Of a stretch of 64,000 bases of DNA, positions 1-10,200 are shown in pieces. A program made the position numbers and the translations under genes. How positions within the stretch are numbered: the stretch's first letter is position 1; each line of letters begins with the position of its first letter. The notes beneath the pieces are model-generated. The model was not told the origin of the DNA. It did no database searches and was given only the letters and a program-made list of their open reading frames with translations. Location: positions 128,261 through 192,260 of the forward strand of contig CACWSG010000001.1 in the NCBI GenBank assembly GCA_902763535.1, read 5' to 3'. Origin of the DNA: an uncultured Pseudomonadota bacterium. GTDB lineage: Bacteria; Pseudomonadota; Alphaproteobacteria; RF32; CAG-239.

Positions 1-299
1 CCTTACTTAATTATGGAATTAGCTGTTCTGTCATGTTACCCACATGAAACAACTATGGCAATTGACTTTTGGCAGAAAGTAATGCCCTAAACTAATATAT
101 GAAATATATTCTATAAAAACCATATAAATATTAAACAATCTTATCAATCCAAACAAAGTTTAGCATTTTTTATTTGGGATATTTGTACACTAACTTCTAG
201 GGAAATAATGCCTCTTGATTAATATGTTTCCTCCGTATGTTAAATACCATAAAAACTGCTAATATATATCCCCAAGCAAACCCGGGGATATATAGTTTA

Positions 300-1523
300 T
301 CAACGCCGAGATTTAAAGAAAGCTTTGATAAGCGTTTTACTCACTTGCACAATCCAATTAATAAAACGTTTTTTCTCAGTTTTATTCAGCGAACACCAAA
401 ATTCAACCACACAGTTGCGTTTTTCTTCTTGTTTTACCACTTGACCTTTGCTGTTAACCACGACTTCAGGCTTTTCTATTTTCATTTCCGGAATTTTGCA
501 ACGATACGGCTTTAGCATCTCATCAATATCCTCATCAGGGATATAAGCTCCATGCACCCGTTTCAACGCTCCGTCTCCGGCCAAGAATAAGGCATCACCG
601 CGTCCGATTAAATTTTCTGCTCCCACCGTATCCAAAATAGTACGAGAATCAGCTCCTGAGGCAGTTTTATAAGCAATACGCGATGGAAAATTGGCTTTCA
701 GCACACCGGTTACCACATCAACCGAAGGTCTTTGGGTTGCCATAATAAGGTGAATACCGGCCGCCCTCGCCTTTTGTGCCAAACGCTGAACATATCCGCC
801 AACCTCCTTATCCGAACTCATCAAATCGGCAAACTCATCAATCACGCAGACAATATAAGGCATAACTTCATCAGCTTTTTGATTATATTCGCCGATGTTT
901 TTTACCATATAGTCCTGCAACATTTCATAGCGCTTTTCCATCTCATCGACCAAATTTTTCAAGGCACAAACCGCCATAGCATTTTCGGTAATCACCGGAT
1001 ATAACATATATTTTTGATTGTTATAGGTTGAAAATTCTATGCGTTTGGGGTCAATCATCACCAATTTTAATTCGGTATGCTTTTTGCGAGCAATCAATGA
1101 CAAAACAAAGGTATTTAAGCCGACTGATTTTCCCGAACCGGTAGTACCGGCTACCAACAAATGCGGCATTTTGGCCAAATCGGCAAAAAGCGGTTTACCG
1201 GTAATATCAGCACCCAAACAAATCGGCAAAGCCCCTTTGGCATTTTGAAAATCATCACTTTCCAAAATTGCCTTAAAATCAACCGTATCAAATTTCTCAT
1301 TAGGCACTTCAAAACCCAAATCGGCACTGTCTTCAATCGGCTCAACCCGCAAAGATTTCAATTTCATTTCGCGGGCAATATCATCAATATGTGCCGCAAT
1401 ATTTTTTATCTTGGTACCGGCATCAGGAGTAAAAACTATTTGAGTTACCAAAGGTCCTTTATTAATACCTTTTTCTTTACCTGATATGCCATAGTGGCTC
1501 AAAACTTCTTCCAATTCGGTCAT
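300..1523 (-). CDS. FtsK/SpoIIIE-family DNA translocase ATPase, motor (alpha/beta) domain only
   Basis: Walker A 'GTTGSGKS', Walker B 'VIDEFADLM' and 'ATQRPSVDVVTG' motifs are in FtsK order. There are no N-terminal TM segments and no recognisable C-terminal gamma/winged-helix domain. An 86-nt divergent intergenic region upstream makes the start plausible. Confidence 0.8.
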   Translation of the reverse strand: MTELEEVLSHYGISGKEKGINKGPLVTQIVFTPDAGTKIKNIAAHIDDIAREMKLKSLRVEPIEDSADLGFEVPNEKFDTVDFKAILESDDFQNAKGALPICLGADITGKPLFADLAKMPHLLVAGTTGSGKSVGLNTFVLSLIARKKHTELKLVMIDPKRIEFSTYNNQKYMLYPVITENAMAVCALKNLVDEMEKRYEMLQDYMVKNIGEYNQKADEVMPYIVCVIDEFADLMSSDKEVGGYVQRLAQKARAAGIHLIMATQRPSVDVVTGVLKANFPSRIAYKTASGADSRTILDTVGAENLIGRGDALFLAGDGALKRVHGAYIPDEDIDEMLKPYRCKIPEMKIEKPEVVVNSKGQVVKQEEKRNCVVEFWCSLNKTEKKRFINWIVQVSKTLIKAFFKSRR

Positions 1524-1609
1524 TGTAAAATCCTTGCTGTTAAATTAGAAAATATTTGACTTTACTTTTAGCAATTTGCCAGCTAAAAAACAAGTGAAAA
1601 ATAAATTTA

Positions 1610-2998
1610 ATGAGATCATTAATGATAAAAGACTTAACCAAAGGACAACCGCTTAAACTTATCACATTATTTGCCCTGCCTATTTTGCTCGGCAATATGT
1701 TTCAACAATTATTTCATGTTTCCGATATCTTTATCGTCGGCAGGATGTTGGGGGTTAAGTCTTTGGCCGCTGTCGGTTCATCAGCTCCGTTGATTTTTAT
1801 GTTTTTAATGATTTCTTTCGGATTTACCGCCGGACTTACCATCATCACAGCCCAACGTTTTGGCGCTCATGACTTCAAAGGTGTCAAATCTTCGGTATTT
1901 CACTCCACTTTGGCCGCAATCATTTTAAGCAGTTTAATCAGTCTTTTTTTGGTAACCTTTCTCAAACCGATGTTGCATCTTATGAACATTCCTTTGGAAA
2001 TTATGGATCAGGCTTATACCTTTGCTTTTATTTTGGGTGTATCTTTGGTTCCGGTCGTTTTATACAATCTGTTATCAGGCTTTATTCGCGCTTTGGGCGA
2101 TTCCAAAACCCCGCTTTATTTTTTGATTTTCTGCTCATTAATCAACATTGTGCTTAATTTTGTGTTTATTTACTACCTCAAACTTGGCGTAGCCGGCTCG
2201 GCTTTAGGCTCCTGTTGCTCAATGTTACTGACCGTATTCGCTTGCATTTGGATTATAAAAAAGAAATTTCCGTTATTACAAATCACCAAAGCTGATTGTC
2301 ATTATAACCACAAATTTATGATGGAGCACCTAAGAGTTGCCACTCCGATGGCCGTTCAATTTTCCATCCTTGCCTTAAGCATGATGATAATCCAAAGTGT
2401 ATGCAATTCTTTTGGCACCGAAGTTATTGCCGGTTTTACAGCTGCCATGCGGATTGAACAAATTTCCACTCAACCGGTTTTTGCCATTGGTGTAGCTTTT
2501 GCCACCTACGCCGCTCAAAACTATGGCGCCGCCCTCATCAAACGCATTCGTCAAGGCGTCATCCAAAGCCTTATAACTTGCCTCATTTTGAGCATAATTA
2601 TAACCTTGAGTGTCAGATTCTATGGCACTCAAATGGTTGGTGCTTTTATTGAAGACAGCAAGCGCCAAGAACAAATTACCTCCATCGGACAACAATATCT
2701 GTTAATCAGTTCTTATTTTTATTTTTTCCTTGCTTGTATATTTATCACCCGCAACGCCTTGCAAGGTATGGGGCGTGCCGGAATTCCGCTGGCTTCGGGA
2801 ATTTTTGAATTGGTAATCAGAGCTTGTGCGGCCGTCTTTTTAGCCGGAGCAATCGGCTATAAAGGAATTTTCTTCGCCGGACCAATCGCTTGGGTTGGCG
2901 GAGCTTTGGTTACTGCCGGAGGCTATTGGTGGATTATCAACCACCTCAAACCTCACGAAATGCGTAAAATATTCACCCGTAAAAAATTGCTTAAATAA
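1610..2998 (+). CDS. MATE-family multidrug/efflux transporter
   Basis: 462 aa and polytopic. The N-terminal 'LPILLGNMFQQLF' and overall hydrophobic repeat pattern are typical of NorM/MATE. The start could be the second ATG at 1622. Confidence 0.88.
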   Translation: MRSLMIKDLTKGQPLKLITLFALPILLGNMFQQLFHVSDIFIVGRMLGVKSLAAVGSSAPLIFMFLMISFGFTAGLTIITAQRFGAHDFKGVKSSVFHSTLAAIILSSLISLFLVTFLKPMLHLMNIPLEIMDQAYTFAFILGVSLVPVVLYNLLSGFIRALGDSKTPLYFLIFCSLINIVLNFVFIYYLKLGVAGSALGSCCSMLLTVFACIWIIKKKFPLLQITKADCHYNHKFMMEHLRVATPMAVQFSILALSMMIIQSVCNSFGTEVIAGFTAAMRIEQISTQPVFAIGVAFATYAAQNYGAALIKRIRQGVIQSLITCLILSIIITLSVRFYGTQMVGAFIEDSKRQEQITSIGQQYLLISSYFYFFLACIFITRNALQGMGRAGIPLASGIFELVIRACAAVFLAGAIGYKGIFFAGPIAWVGGALVTAGGYWWIINHLKPHEMRKIFTRKKLLK

Positions 2999-3003
2999 CA
3001 CAA

Positions 3004-3042
3004 AAACCCGCCAAATTCAAAGATAAGCGGGGTTTGTTTTTT
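3004..3042 (+). terminator. Rho-independent terminator after MATE gene
   Basis: Hairpin 'aaacccgc...gcggggttt' followed by a T-run. Confidence 0.6.
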
Positions 3043-3098
3043 ACCATTTACACTGTCTCATAAAACAGCTTTTAGAATCATGTACTTTAACACAAAAA

Positions 3099-4913
3099 CT
3101 ATTTTTTATTTTCAGCTTCGCCTGTTTGAATCTTTTTCAAGATTGCTTCAACTTTTTCTTGATCAAAATCCAATTTAGGATCTTCAATAATACCTTCTTT
3201 GATTTTTTCTTTGGTTTGTTTAATATTAATCTCGCCGCTTTCATCTTTTAAGGTCAAAACATGACGCCACTGAAAACGCGCTTCATTTTTGCGCTTTGCA
3301 AACCAATAGGCATCTCCCAAATGTGAAGTTATGACCGCCGATGAAGGATAAAGCTCAACCGCTTTTTCCAAATAAGGCAAGGCTTTATCATAATACCCCA
3401 AGTTATACAAAGCAAAACCCAAACTATCATTAACACTCGGATCATTCGGAGCCTGATTATAGGCCTCAACAATAAATTCCAAAGCCTGCTCAACATTTTG
3501 TTTGTGCAACAACCATGTATAACCCAAATAATTCAAAACCAAATAATGCTTCTTAAGCTTGTATGCTTTCATCAAAACTTCTTCGGCTTTTTTCCACTTG
3601 CCGGAGCGCTCCAAAGCTATCCCTTTAGCATAATACAAAACCCACAGACTTGTCTTGTTCTTAGTCAAAGCAATCGCTTTATCATAATATTCCACAGCCT
3701 CGGCATAGCGATCATGCGATCTGAGCAAATCGCCCAATTCTATATAAATTTGGACATCTTTATATTCATCACTCAAAGATTTGAGTAATATTTCGGCCGC
3801 CTCCAAATCACCCTTTTTAATCAAGTTACGCGCTTTTTTAACTTGTGCCGGATAATATCCGACATCTTTTTCATCAATGCTGTCATACATTTTGTTGGCA
3901 TTGTCATACATATCACGCGATTCAAAAATATCTGCCATCAAAATTTTGGCTGTACTATATTGCGGATTAAGATAAATAGTCAGCGCCGTGTACATATGTG
4001 CAATATCAATCGTCTCGGCATATCTGAAACTTGCCACCACCGAAAACAATGCTTCTGCAGCGCCGATTTTGGCTGAAGACAATATCGGCAAGGTATTTTT
4101 TTCATCAGAATTAGCAATTTTTTCTCTCAAAACAAACAACAATGAATCAAGAGCCTGACTGTTAACCGTGGCATCCATCATTGCCATTGCTTTTGCTTTT
4201 TGTCCGCTGCGAATATAAAAATTGGTAATTATTTCTAACATCCGCAAAGATAATTCAATATTCGGACTGTTCAAAACAATTTCATAAGCCTGCTGAGCTT
4301 CTCTGTTTTCGCCCAAATAGTCCAGCAACATTGCATTTTGTTGAATATATATTGAGTTTAATCCGTCTTCTTTTTTTAATTTTGCCAACTCATCTAATGC
4401 TTTCTTTTTATCATTGGCTCCGGCATAGCTCCACGCATTAAACATCGGTGTTACAAAAGACTTGTACAAAGGATCCTTAATTTTTTCCATGCTCTTTATT
4501 GCTTGCTCATATTCTCCGTCATGCATTTTTTTGGTAGCAATCACCATATATGCAAAAACATTTTCGGTTCCTTTATCGATGGCCTGTTGAGCATATTCCG
4601 CAGCTTCATCGATTCTCCCTTGTGAAGACAACAACAAATACAGCTGATTCAATATTGATGGATTATCAACATTATTATCCATAATCAATTTATAATAATC
4701 GGCAGCCTTATCAAAATCTTTGCGAATATGGGCAACTCTTCCGGACAAATAAGCTCCCGAATTTGTCATTTTAATCGTTGAAATATCGTTAGTTGCGGTA
4801 TTGACTGTCATATTATTTCCCGTCAAAGGAGAACATGAAACAAACACGGCCGCAGCCGCTCCCAAAGCAGCTCCCCACAAAGTTTTATTTTTTCTGATAT
4901 TCTTTCTTTTCAT
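3099..4913 (-). CDS. TPR-repeat lipoprotein/periplasmic protein
   Basis: Signal peptide with 'FVSCS' lipobox-like site. Multiple 34-aa TPR-like repeats (A..Y...A, 'AEEYYDKAI'-type helices) run through 604 aa. Confidence 0.75.
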   Translation of the reverse strand: MKRKNIRKNKTLWGAALGAAAAVFVSCSPLTGNNMTVNTATNDISTIKMTNSGAYLSGRVAHIRKDFDKAADYYKLIMDNNVDNPSILNQLYLLLSSQGRIDEAAEYAQQAIDKGTENVFAYMVIATKKMHDGEYEQAIKSMEKIKDPLYKSFVTPMFNAWSYAGANDKKKALDELAKLKKEDGLNSIYIQQNAMLLDYLGENREAQQAYEIVLNSPNIELSLRMLEIITNFYIRSGQKAKAMAMMDATVNSQALDSLLFVLREKIANSDEKNTLPILSSAKIGAAEALFSVVASFRYAETIDIAHMYTALTIYLNPQYSTAKILMADIFESRDMYDNANKMYDSIDEKDVGYYPAQVKKARNLIKKGDLEAAEILLKSLSDEYKDVQIYIELGDLLRSHDRYAEAVEYYDKAIALTKNKTSLWVLYYAKGIALERSGKWKKAEEVLMKAYKLKKHYLVLNYLGYTWLLHKQNVEQALEFIVEAYNQAPNDPSVNDSLGFALYNLGYYDKALPYLEKAVELYPSSAVITSHLGDAYWFAKRKNEARFQWRHVLTLKDESGEINIKQTKEKIKEGIIEDPKLDFDQEKVEAILKKIQTGEAENKK

Positions 4914-5023
4914 ACCGCTAACCTTAAAAAATCTGTGTAATATTCTAAATATACTACCGATTTTATAAATATAAAATTAAATTTGTGCACAGAAATGATT
5001 ATTATTGCGAAAATTTATAATTA

Positions 5024-5815
5024 ATGTACAATTCAAGCATTATGAATAGCCAAGATATTGAAGAAATTTTGCGATTTTATACCTTATCCGGAGTTGATGA
5101 AACTTGCGGAAATACTCCTTTTGCGCTGAGTGCGGTTCAACCATCCTCTTTTTCACCTCAGCACAAGACACCGGCCACACTTTCTTTTTCAACCTCTGAA
5201 GCAACCCAAAACGCCAATGATTTATGCCAATCTGCCAAAACTATTGATGAACTGAAAAATATCATCGAAAATTTTGACGGTTGCAATCTTAAAAATACCG
5301 CAGCCCATACAGTTATAGGCGACGGTAATCCGCAAGCAAAAATTATGTTTATCGGTGAAGCTCCCGGAGCCGAAGAAGACCTTATCGGCAGGGCTTTTGT
5401 CGGACGCAGCGGACAACTGTTGGATAAGATTATGAACGCTATCGGATTATCTCGTCAAACGGTTTATATCTGCAATATTTTGCCTTGGCGGCCGCCCGGA
5501 AATCGTTCCCCGTCAGATGCGGAAATTGCGGTATGCTTGCCTTTTCTCAAACGGCAAATAGAAATTATTCAACCGGAATATATATTAACGCTTGGCGCCA
5601 TTGCCACCAATTCCCTGCTTGGATTGGGAGAGACTATGTCGCATTTGCGTGGACATTGGATGGAATACAAAATTTCGGATGAAAAAAATGCTCAAGTTTT
5701 AGCCACCTATCATCCGGCCTATTTGTTGCGAACTCCGGCACAAAAAAGTAAGGCATGGCTTGATTTTTTGCGCTTTAGCAAAGCAATTCGGCAAAATAAT
5801 CAACAAGCCGTATAA
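5024..5815 (+). CDS. Uracil-DNA glycosylase, family 4, with N-terminal extension
   Basis: Motif A 'GEAPGAEEDLIGRAFVGRSGQLL' and motif B 'HPAYLLR'. Confidence 0.85.
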   Translation: MYNSSIMNSQDIEEILRFYTLSGVDETCGNTPFALSAVQPSSFSPQHKTPATLSFSTSEATQNANDLCQSAKTIDELKNIIENFDGCNLKNTAAHTVIGDGNPQAKIMFIGEAPGAEEDLIGRAFVGRSGQLLDKIMNAIGLSRQTVYICNILPWRPPGNRSPSDAEIAVCLPFLKRQIEIIQPEYILTLGAIATNSLLGLGETMSHLRGHWMEYKISDEKNAQVLATYHPAYLLRTPAQKSKAWLDFLRFSKAIRQNNQQAV

Positions 5816-5897
5816 TTATTTTGATATTTAATGTTATTTTAGTAAAATCGTTATTATAATAAAGATTATGTTGTTTCACATATAAAAGGGATTAACC

Positions 5898-6587
5898 ATG
5901 AAAAAATTGAATATTTTATTAAGTTCACTGACTTTGGGTGCATTTCTGTTAAGCGGAACCGCCTACTCTGCCGATCCGAAAGACTCTTCAGACAAAGGCA
6001 GAGTTTTATTCAAAATTCACGATATAGCTCCGGAAAAAGATGTTAACGGCAATATTACCGGTTGCAATATGGCGGTGACTCTTTTCAACAACTATGACAA
6101 ATCTATCTCTAACACTCAACTTGTTTTGAGTTGGGATGATGAAGTAATTGCGGATATTATCAATCAGGAAGAATACGAACAAAAAGAAGCAATAAATCGC
6201 AACCCTAATGCCGATCGTTCTCGCTATCCCACTTCCAAAACAACAGCCCCGACCATATCTGCCACCATCAAGATTCCTTTAATCAACGCTCATCAACAGC
6301 TTTCGGTAAAAAACAAAGTTAACACTGATCGTTGCTTTTTGCTGATTAATGATATGAATGTAAAGGCCAATAGTTGCTCTTTTGGCGGTGACACTTCCGG
6401 TGATAACTCATGCAAGGCTTCTTTTGTATATATTTCTCCTAAAGATCCTCAGTATTTTAGCGAATTTAAGGAAATCAGTTACAATGATGAGATTGTTGCC
6501 GGCGAAAAAGAAATATCGCGCACCCAGACCGAAAATGATGAGGTTTATAACAGTATTGTATCAACCTTAAACAAAATAGGATTGTAA
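5898..6587 (+). CDS. Secreted hypothetical protein (4-Cys domain, paralog of next gene)
   Basis: Signal peptide 'MKKLNILLSSLTLGAFLLSGTAYS'. A weak SD 'aaggg' lies upstream. Shares 'GC..V.L.NN.D...S...L.LSW' and a C-terminal Cys pattern with 6612..7457. Confidence 0.6.
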   Translation: MKKLNILLSSLTLGAFLLSGTAYSADPKDSSDKGRVLFKIHDIAPEKDVNGNITGCNMAVTLFNNYDKSISNTQLVLSWDDEVIADIINQEEYEQKEAINRNPNADRSRYPTSKTTAPTISATIKIPLINAHQQLSVKNKVNTDRCFLLINDMNVKANSCSFGGDTSGDNSCKASFVYISPKDPQYFSEFKEISYNDEIVAGEKEISRTQTENDEVYNSIVSTLNKIGL

Positions 6588-6611
6588 ATCAGTTATTGAA
6601 AGTTTTGCATC

Positions 6612-7457
6612 ATGAAGTGTTGGCAGAATGTTTTAACGGTTGTTTTGATTTTAGCAAGTTATTCGGCTCAGGCTCAGACTTTTGCCCCAACGACAGCAAA
6701 TGATAGTCAGCCGGCCTTAAACTTTGGCAACAAACAACCTGTTTCATCTTCAATTACTCCAACTTCCTCCGATACGACATCGGATTTGTTCGGAGCAAGT
6801 GCTAAAGATGAACAAGCCCCTGCTTCGGTACAAAACATTCAAGATGCCTTTTTTGCTACCAAAAAATCATCTAAAGAAAAACAATCGGTTGATCCTTTTG
6901 CCATTATGTCACGCGAAGAAGCAGGAACCACTGCGGAAAAAAAGCCGAATGAACCGACCAAAAAGGCTAAAAGAGCAAACAAAGACGGGCTTCCTCCCGC
7001 TGAAGAAGATGACGACTTTTTTGTTCCCAAAGATCAAATTGATCAACGCATATACACCCCGACTGTTGATGGTTCGGAACGCGGAGGACAGGCTTTTGTC
7101 TTGATGGGATCTGACGGAAAAATGAAAAAAGTTACCAATATTTTTCTGTTTTATGATGATTTCAAAATCAATACCGGTATGGCCGGCTACACGACTTGCA
7201 GTGTTCGTTTCAACATAATTTCCAATCTTGATCGCAAACTGTCACAGTTGGATATAAAATTGGTTTGGCCTAAGATTTCAACCACATTGTCATTTTCAGA
7301 CATTCCTCCCAACACCCAAACCTATTATAACTATGCTCTTTTAGGCGAAGGTTGCTACACCATGGACAAAGCACCCAATATTGTAGTAAATCGCTGCCGT
7401 GCCAAGGGCATGACCTCTGCCGAATGTGCAGCCAAACTTAAATGGGTTGCAAAATAA
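6612..7457 (+). CDS. Secreted hypothetical protein (4-Cys domain, paralog of previous gene)
   Basis: Signal peptide ending 'SAQAQ'. A low-complexity linker is followed by C-terminal 'TCSVRFNIISNLDRKLSQLDIKLVW ... GCYTMD...NRCRAKGMTSAEC'. Confidence 0.6.
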   Translation: MKCWQNVLTVVLILASYSAQAQTFAPTTANDSQPALNFGNKQPVSSSITPTSSDTTSDLFGASAKDEQAPASVQNIQDAFFATKKSSKEKQSVDPFAIMSREEAGTTAEKKPNEPTKKAKRANKDGLPPAEEDDDFFVPKDQIDQRIYTPTVDGSERGGQAFVLMGSDGKMKKVTNIFLFYDDFKINTGMAGYTTCSVRFNIISNLDRKLSQLDIKLVWPKISTTLSFSDIPPNTQTYYNYALLGEGCYTMDKAPNIVVNRCRAKGMTSAECAAKLKWVAK

Positions 7458-7462
7458 TCAAT

Positions 7463-9226
7463 ATGCCGCGGATTGTCAAAACACTCCTGTTACTCTTTAC
7501 ATTTCTGTGCGGAATTGCATGGTCTGTTTATGCTGCCGATTCATCATTTAATTCTGATACAACTTCCCAAATCATACGCCATATGTCTGTTGACAAGAGT
7601 GATCTCAAAACCTACAAAAAAATATTTAAAGCTCTCGCCAAAAAAGACCTCTCTAATATTGATAAATTAATAGACAAGCTTGAGGACACCACCCTGCTTG
7701 GCACCGTATTGGCAATTAAATACCTTGAAACTGCATATTCCTCATCTGTCGATGAATTGAATGACTGGCTCAACAAATACAATGACAACCCTTTTCAACC
7801 ACGCATTAAAAGGCTTTATGAGCGCAAATCAGGTCAACCTTCATCTTTGAACGATGATGACACTTGGCTGCAATCATCTGCCAAAATATCGAGCAAATAT
7901 TTAGCGCGATTGTCGCGTCAGGATAAAATATTTCTTACCAAAAATGCCAAAGAATTTCGCCTTTCCATTCGCAAAGGCAAAACCTTAAACGCCCGCAAAA
8001 TTCTTGAAAACAAACGCTTTCAAAATTTAGCACCCAAACCTTATTGGGACAATCTTGGGGCTACACTGGCTATCAAATATTTGGTTGACAACTACGATAA
8101 TCAAGCTCTTGAATGGGGAAAAAAGGCCTCGCAGCGCCATAATTCCGGTATGGCGACTTGGGTTGCCGGCATTGCTTCATGGCGCTTGAAAAAATTCAAA
8201 ACCGCAGCCAGCTATTTTGCCAAGCTCGGCAGCTCGCAAAATTCCGACAAATGGTTGATTTCAGCCGGTGCCTATTGGTCAGCACGCGCTTATGAAAAAA
8301 TCGGCAACACCCTTAAAGCCCAAGAAATGTACAAATTGGCCGCTCAACACAAATATACTTTTTATGGCATATTGGGTGCTTATCAATTAGGCTATGATTT
8401 GCGCCAACTTTTCAGTTTTGATAAAAACCTTTATTTGACTGATTTCAGCTCGCCTGACAACATTAATGATATTATTCAATCTCAGCCGTTGCGTCGTGCC
8501 ATAATCCTCATGGAAATCAAACAAAACGACTTAGCCGCCCAAGAAATCATCAATGCATATAAAGGTATGACCGACCCCCAAAAAGAAGCTTCAATTCTCA
8601 TGGCTCACCAAAAAGGTTTGCATTCCTTGGTAATTGCCATCAGCCGACAAGCTGATTTTGATGATGTTATCGGTCGTTATGAAAAGGAAATTTATCCCCT
8701 GCCGCAATGGTCTCAACAAAATGAATGGCAAATTGACAAAGCTTTGTTGTTGGCTGTTATTCGCCAAGAATCCGCTTTTAAAGATAATGCCGCATCGCGC
8801 ACCGGCGCAAGAGGATTGATGCAGCTTATGCCCAATACTGCCAGCTATATCAGCGGCGACAAAACCATCAAACGCCACAAAGATAAACTTTATAATCCTG
8901 ATTTTAACCTGCAATTGGGGCAAAAATATGTCAATTATCTGCTGACTAAGCCTTTTATCGAGGGCAATTTGTTTTTTATGCTCTCAGCCTATAATGCCGG
9001 TCCCGGCAACTTGGTAAAATGGCAAAAAAATTCGCGTTTTCAAGGCGATCCTTTGCTCTATATTGAAGTTATTCCTTCGTCCGAAACCCGCATTTATCTT
9101 GAACGCGTATTAGCCAACTACTGGATTTATAACATTCGTTTAGGCAATCCCAACCCCACGTTGGAACAGGTTGCTGCCGGAGAATGGCCGGTTTTGGAAC
9201 AATACAAACAAATTTTGTTCGACTAG
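7463..9226 (+). CDS. slt: Soluble lytic murein transglycosylase (Slt70-like)
   Basis: SLT catalytic region 'ESAFKDNAASRTGARGLMQLMPNTA' and 'AYNAGPGN'. A long superhelical N-terminal region and a signal peptide are present. The ORF opens at 7442, but the ATG at 7463 avoids overlap with the upstream stop. Confidence 0.85.
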   Translation: MPRIVKTLLLLFTFLCGIAWSVYAADSSFNSDTTSQIIRHMSVDKSDLKTYKKIFKALAKKDLSNIDKLIDKLEDTTLLGTVLAIKYLETAYSSSVDELNDWLNKYNDNPFQPRIKRLYERKSGQPSSLNDDDTWLQSSAKISSKYLARLSRQDKIFLTKNAKEFRLSIRKGKTLNARKILENKRFQNLAPKPYWDNLGATLAIKYLVDNYDNQALEWGKKASQRHNSGMATWVAGIASWRLKKFKTAASYFAKLGSSQNSDKWLISAGAYWSARAYEKIGNTLKAQEMYKLAAQHKYTFYGILGAYQLGYDLRQLFSFDKNLYLTDFSSPDNINDIIQSQPLRRAIILMEIKQNDLAAQEIINAYKGMTDPQKEASILMAHQKGLHSLVIAISRQADFDDVIGRYEKEIYPLPQWSQQNEWQIDKALLLAVIRQESAFKDNAASRTGARGLMQLMPNTASYISGDKTIKRHKDKLYNPDFNLQLGQKYVNYLLTKPFIEGNLFFMLSAYNAGPGNLVKWQKNSRFQGDPLLYIEVIPSSETRIYLERVLANYWIYNIRLGNPNPTLEQVAAGEWPVLEQYKQILFD

Positions 9227-9398
9227 TCGCTTTGCTGTTTTTTGTTGCCAACATCCTAATTTTGTGGTATATTATAAGTACTAAGTCTTATTAATATATA
9301 TTGTAAATCAACCTCAATCATCTCAGGGAACCTAGGGGGATTGTTGTATTGTCGGTATCTCGGCTTAGTATATCGATATTATAGGAACTAATTTAATT

Positions 9399-9743
9399 AT
9401 GACAACACTGGTTATCTTAGCCGCCATATCCTCCTTGATTTCCATTTTTAAAAAAAATTATATAGAAGGGGGAATTACGGCAGGAATTGTGGTCCTAGGC
9501 CTCTTGGCCACATTGCCGACGGGTTGGGGTTGGACTATCTTGTTTGTTTTCCTGTTCGCATCCTCTGCAACAGGAGCCCTGGAGGTGACATCCCCATGTG
9601 GATTAATATCCTTGGCTGTGGCAGTCATCTTGTTTCCAATCCGTTGGGAATGGGACGGATTTGTCACCCTAATAAGCCTGGGATTTGGCATTTGGGCAAT
9701 TTTGGTGTCCTTTTTAAAGGATAAAACACCAAAAAAAGAATAA
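9399..9743 (+). CDS. Small integral membrane protein, unknown function
   Basis: 114 aa with 3-4 hydrophobic spans. It is followed by the hairpin terminator 'ggtgggaagactatacagtctcccgcc' plus a T-run. Confidence 0.6.
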   Translation: MTTLVILAAISSLISIFKKNYIEGGITAGIVVLGLLATLPTGWGWTILFVFLFASSATGALEVTSPCGLISLAVAVILFPIRWEWDGFVTLISLGFGIWAILVSFLKDKTPKKE

Positions 9744-9827
9744 GGTGGGAAGACTATACAGTCTCCCGCCTTTTTTATTGTTTTTCTTCTAATCGTGATT
9801 ATATCCTCACCTCAAGGAGAAAAAATC

Positions 9828-10154
9828 ATGGAATTATATATCATAACCGCCCTATTGATTGTTTATTTTATTACCGTATTGAGCGTATCTGAGCACCACC
9901 GCCGCAAAATATGGACTCTTGCCTTCATCACTGCTTTCACTCTTACCGCGATCGCCATTTTTTTCATCCGTGGCAACACTCAAGATGTTATGCTCTCAAC
10001 CAATGAATTTAACTGGTACTATTTTGTGTATCTTTTCGGCATGGTCGCTATCGCTTTAGGATTGCTCAACCTGTGGATTTATCGCGTTCCGTTATGGAAT
10101 CTGCTTTTTTCCAAGCACAACGATGATAACGATGATGACATTGATGATGATTAA
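9828..10154 (+). CDS. Small integral membrane protein with poly-Asp C-terminal tail
   Basis: SD 'aaggag' lies before the ATG at 9828. There are 3 hydrophobic spans and the protein ends 'HNDDNDDDIDDD'. A terminator hairpin sits at about 10157-10190. Confidence 0.6.
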   Translation: MELYIITALLIVYFITVLSVSEHHRRKIWTLAFITAFTLTAIAIFFIRGNTQDVMLSTNEFNWYYFVYLFGMVAIALGLLNLWIYRVPLWNLLFSKHNDDNDDDIDDD

Positions 10155-10200
10155 AAAAACCGGCAATTAAGCCGGTTTTTTTATATCTAAAACGCTCCAA

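Noticed and set aside
1-90. An open frame running off the left edge on the plus strand ('..PYLIMELAVLSCYPHETTMAIDFWQKVMP*').
   Set aside because: Only 29 codons are visible and no motif is present. It cannot be distinguished from chance, so it is not reported as a feature.
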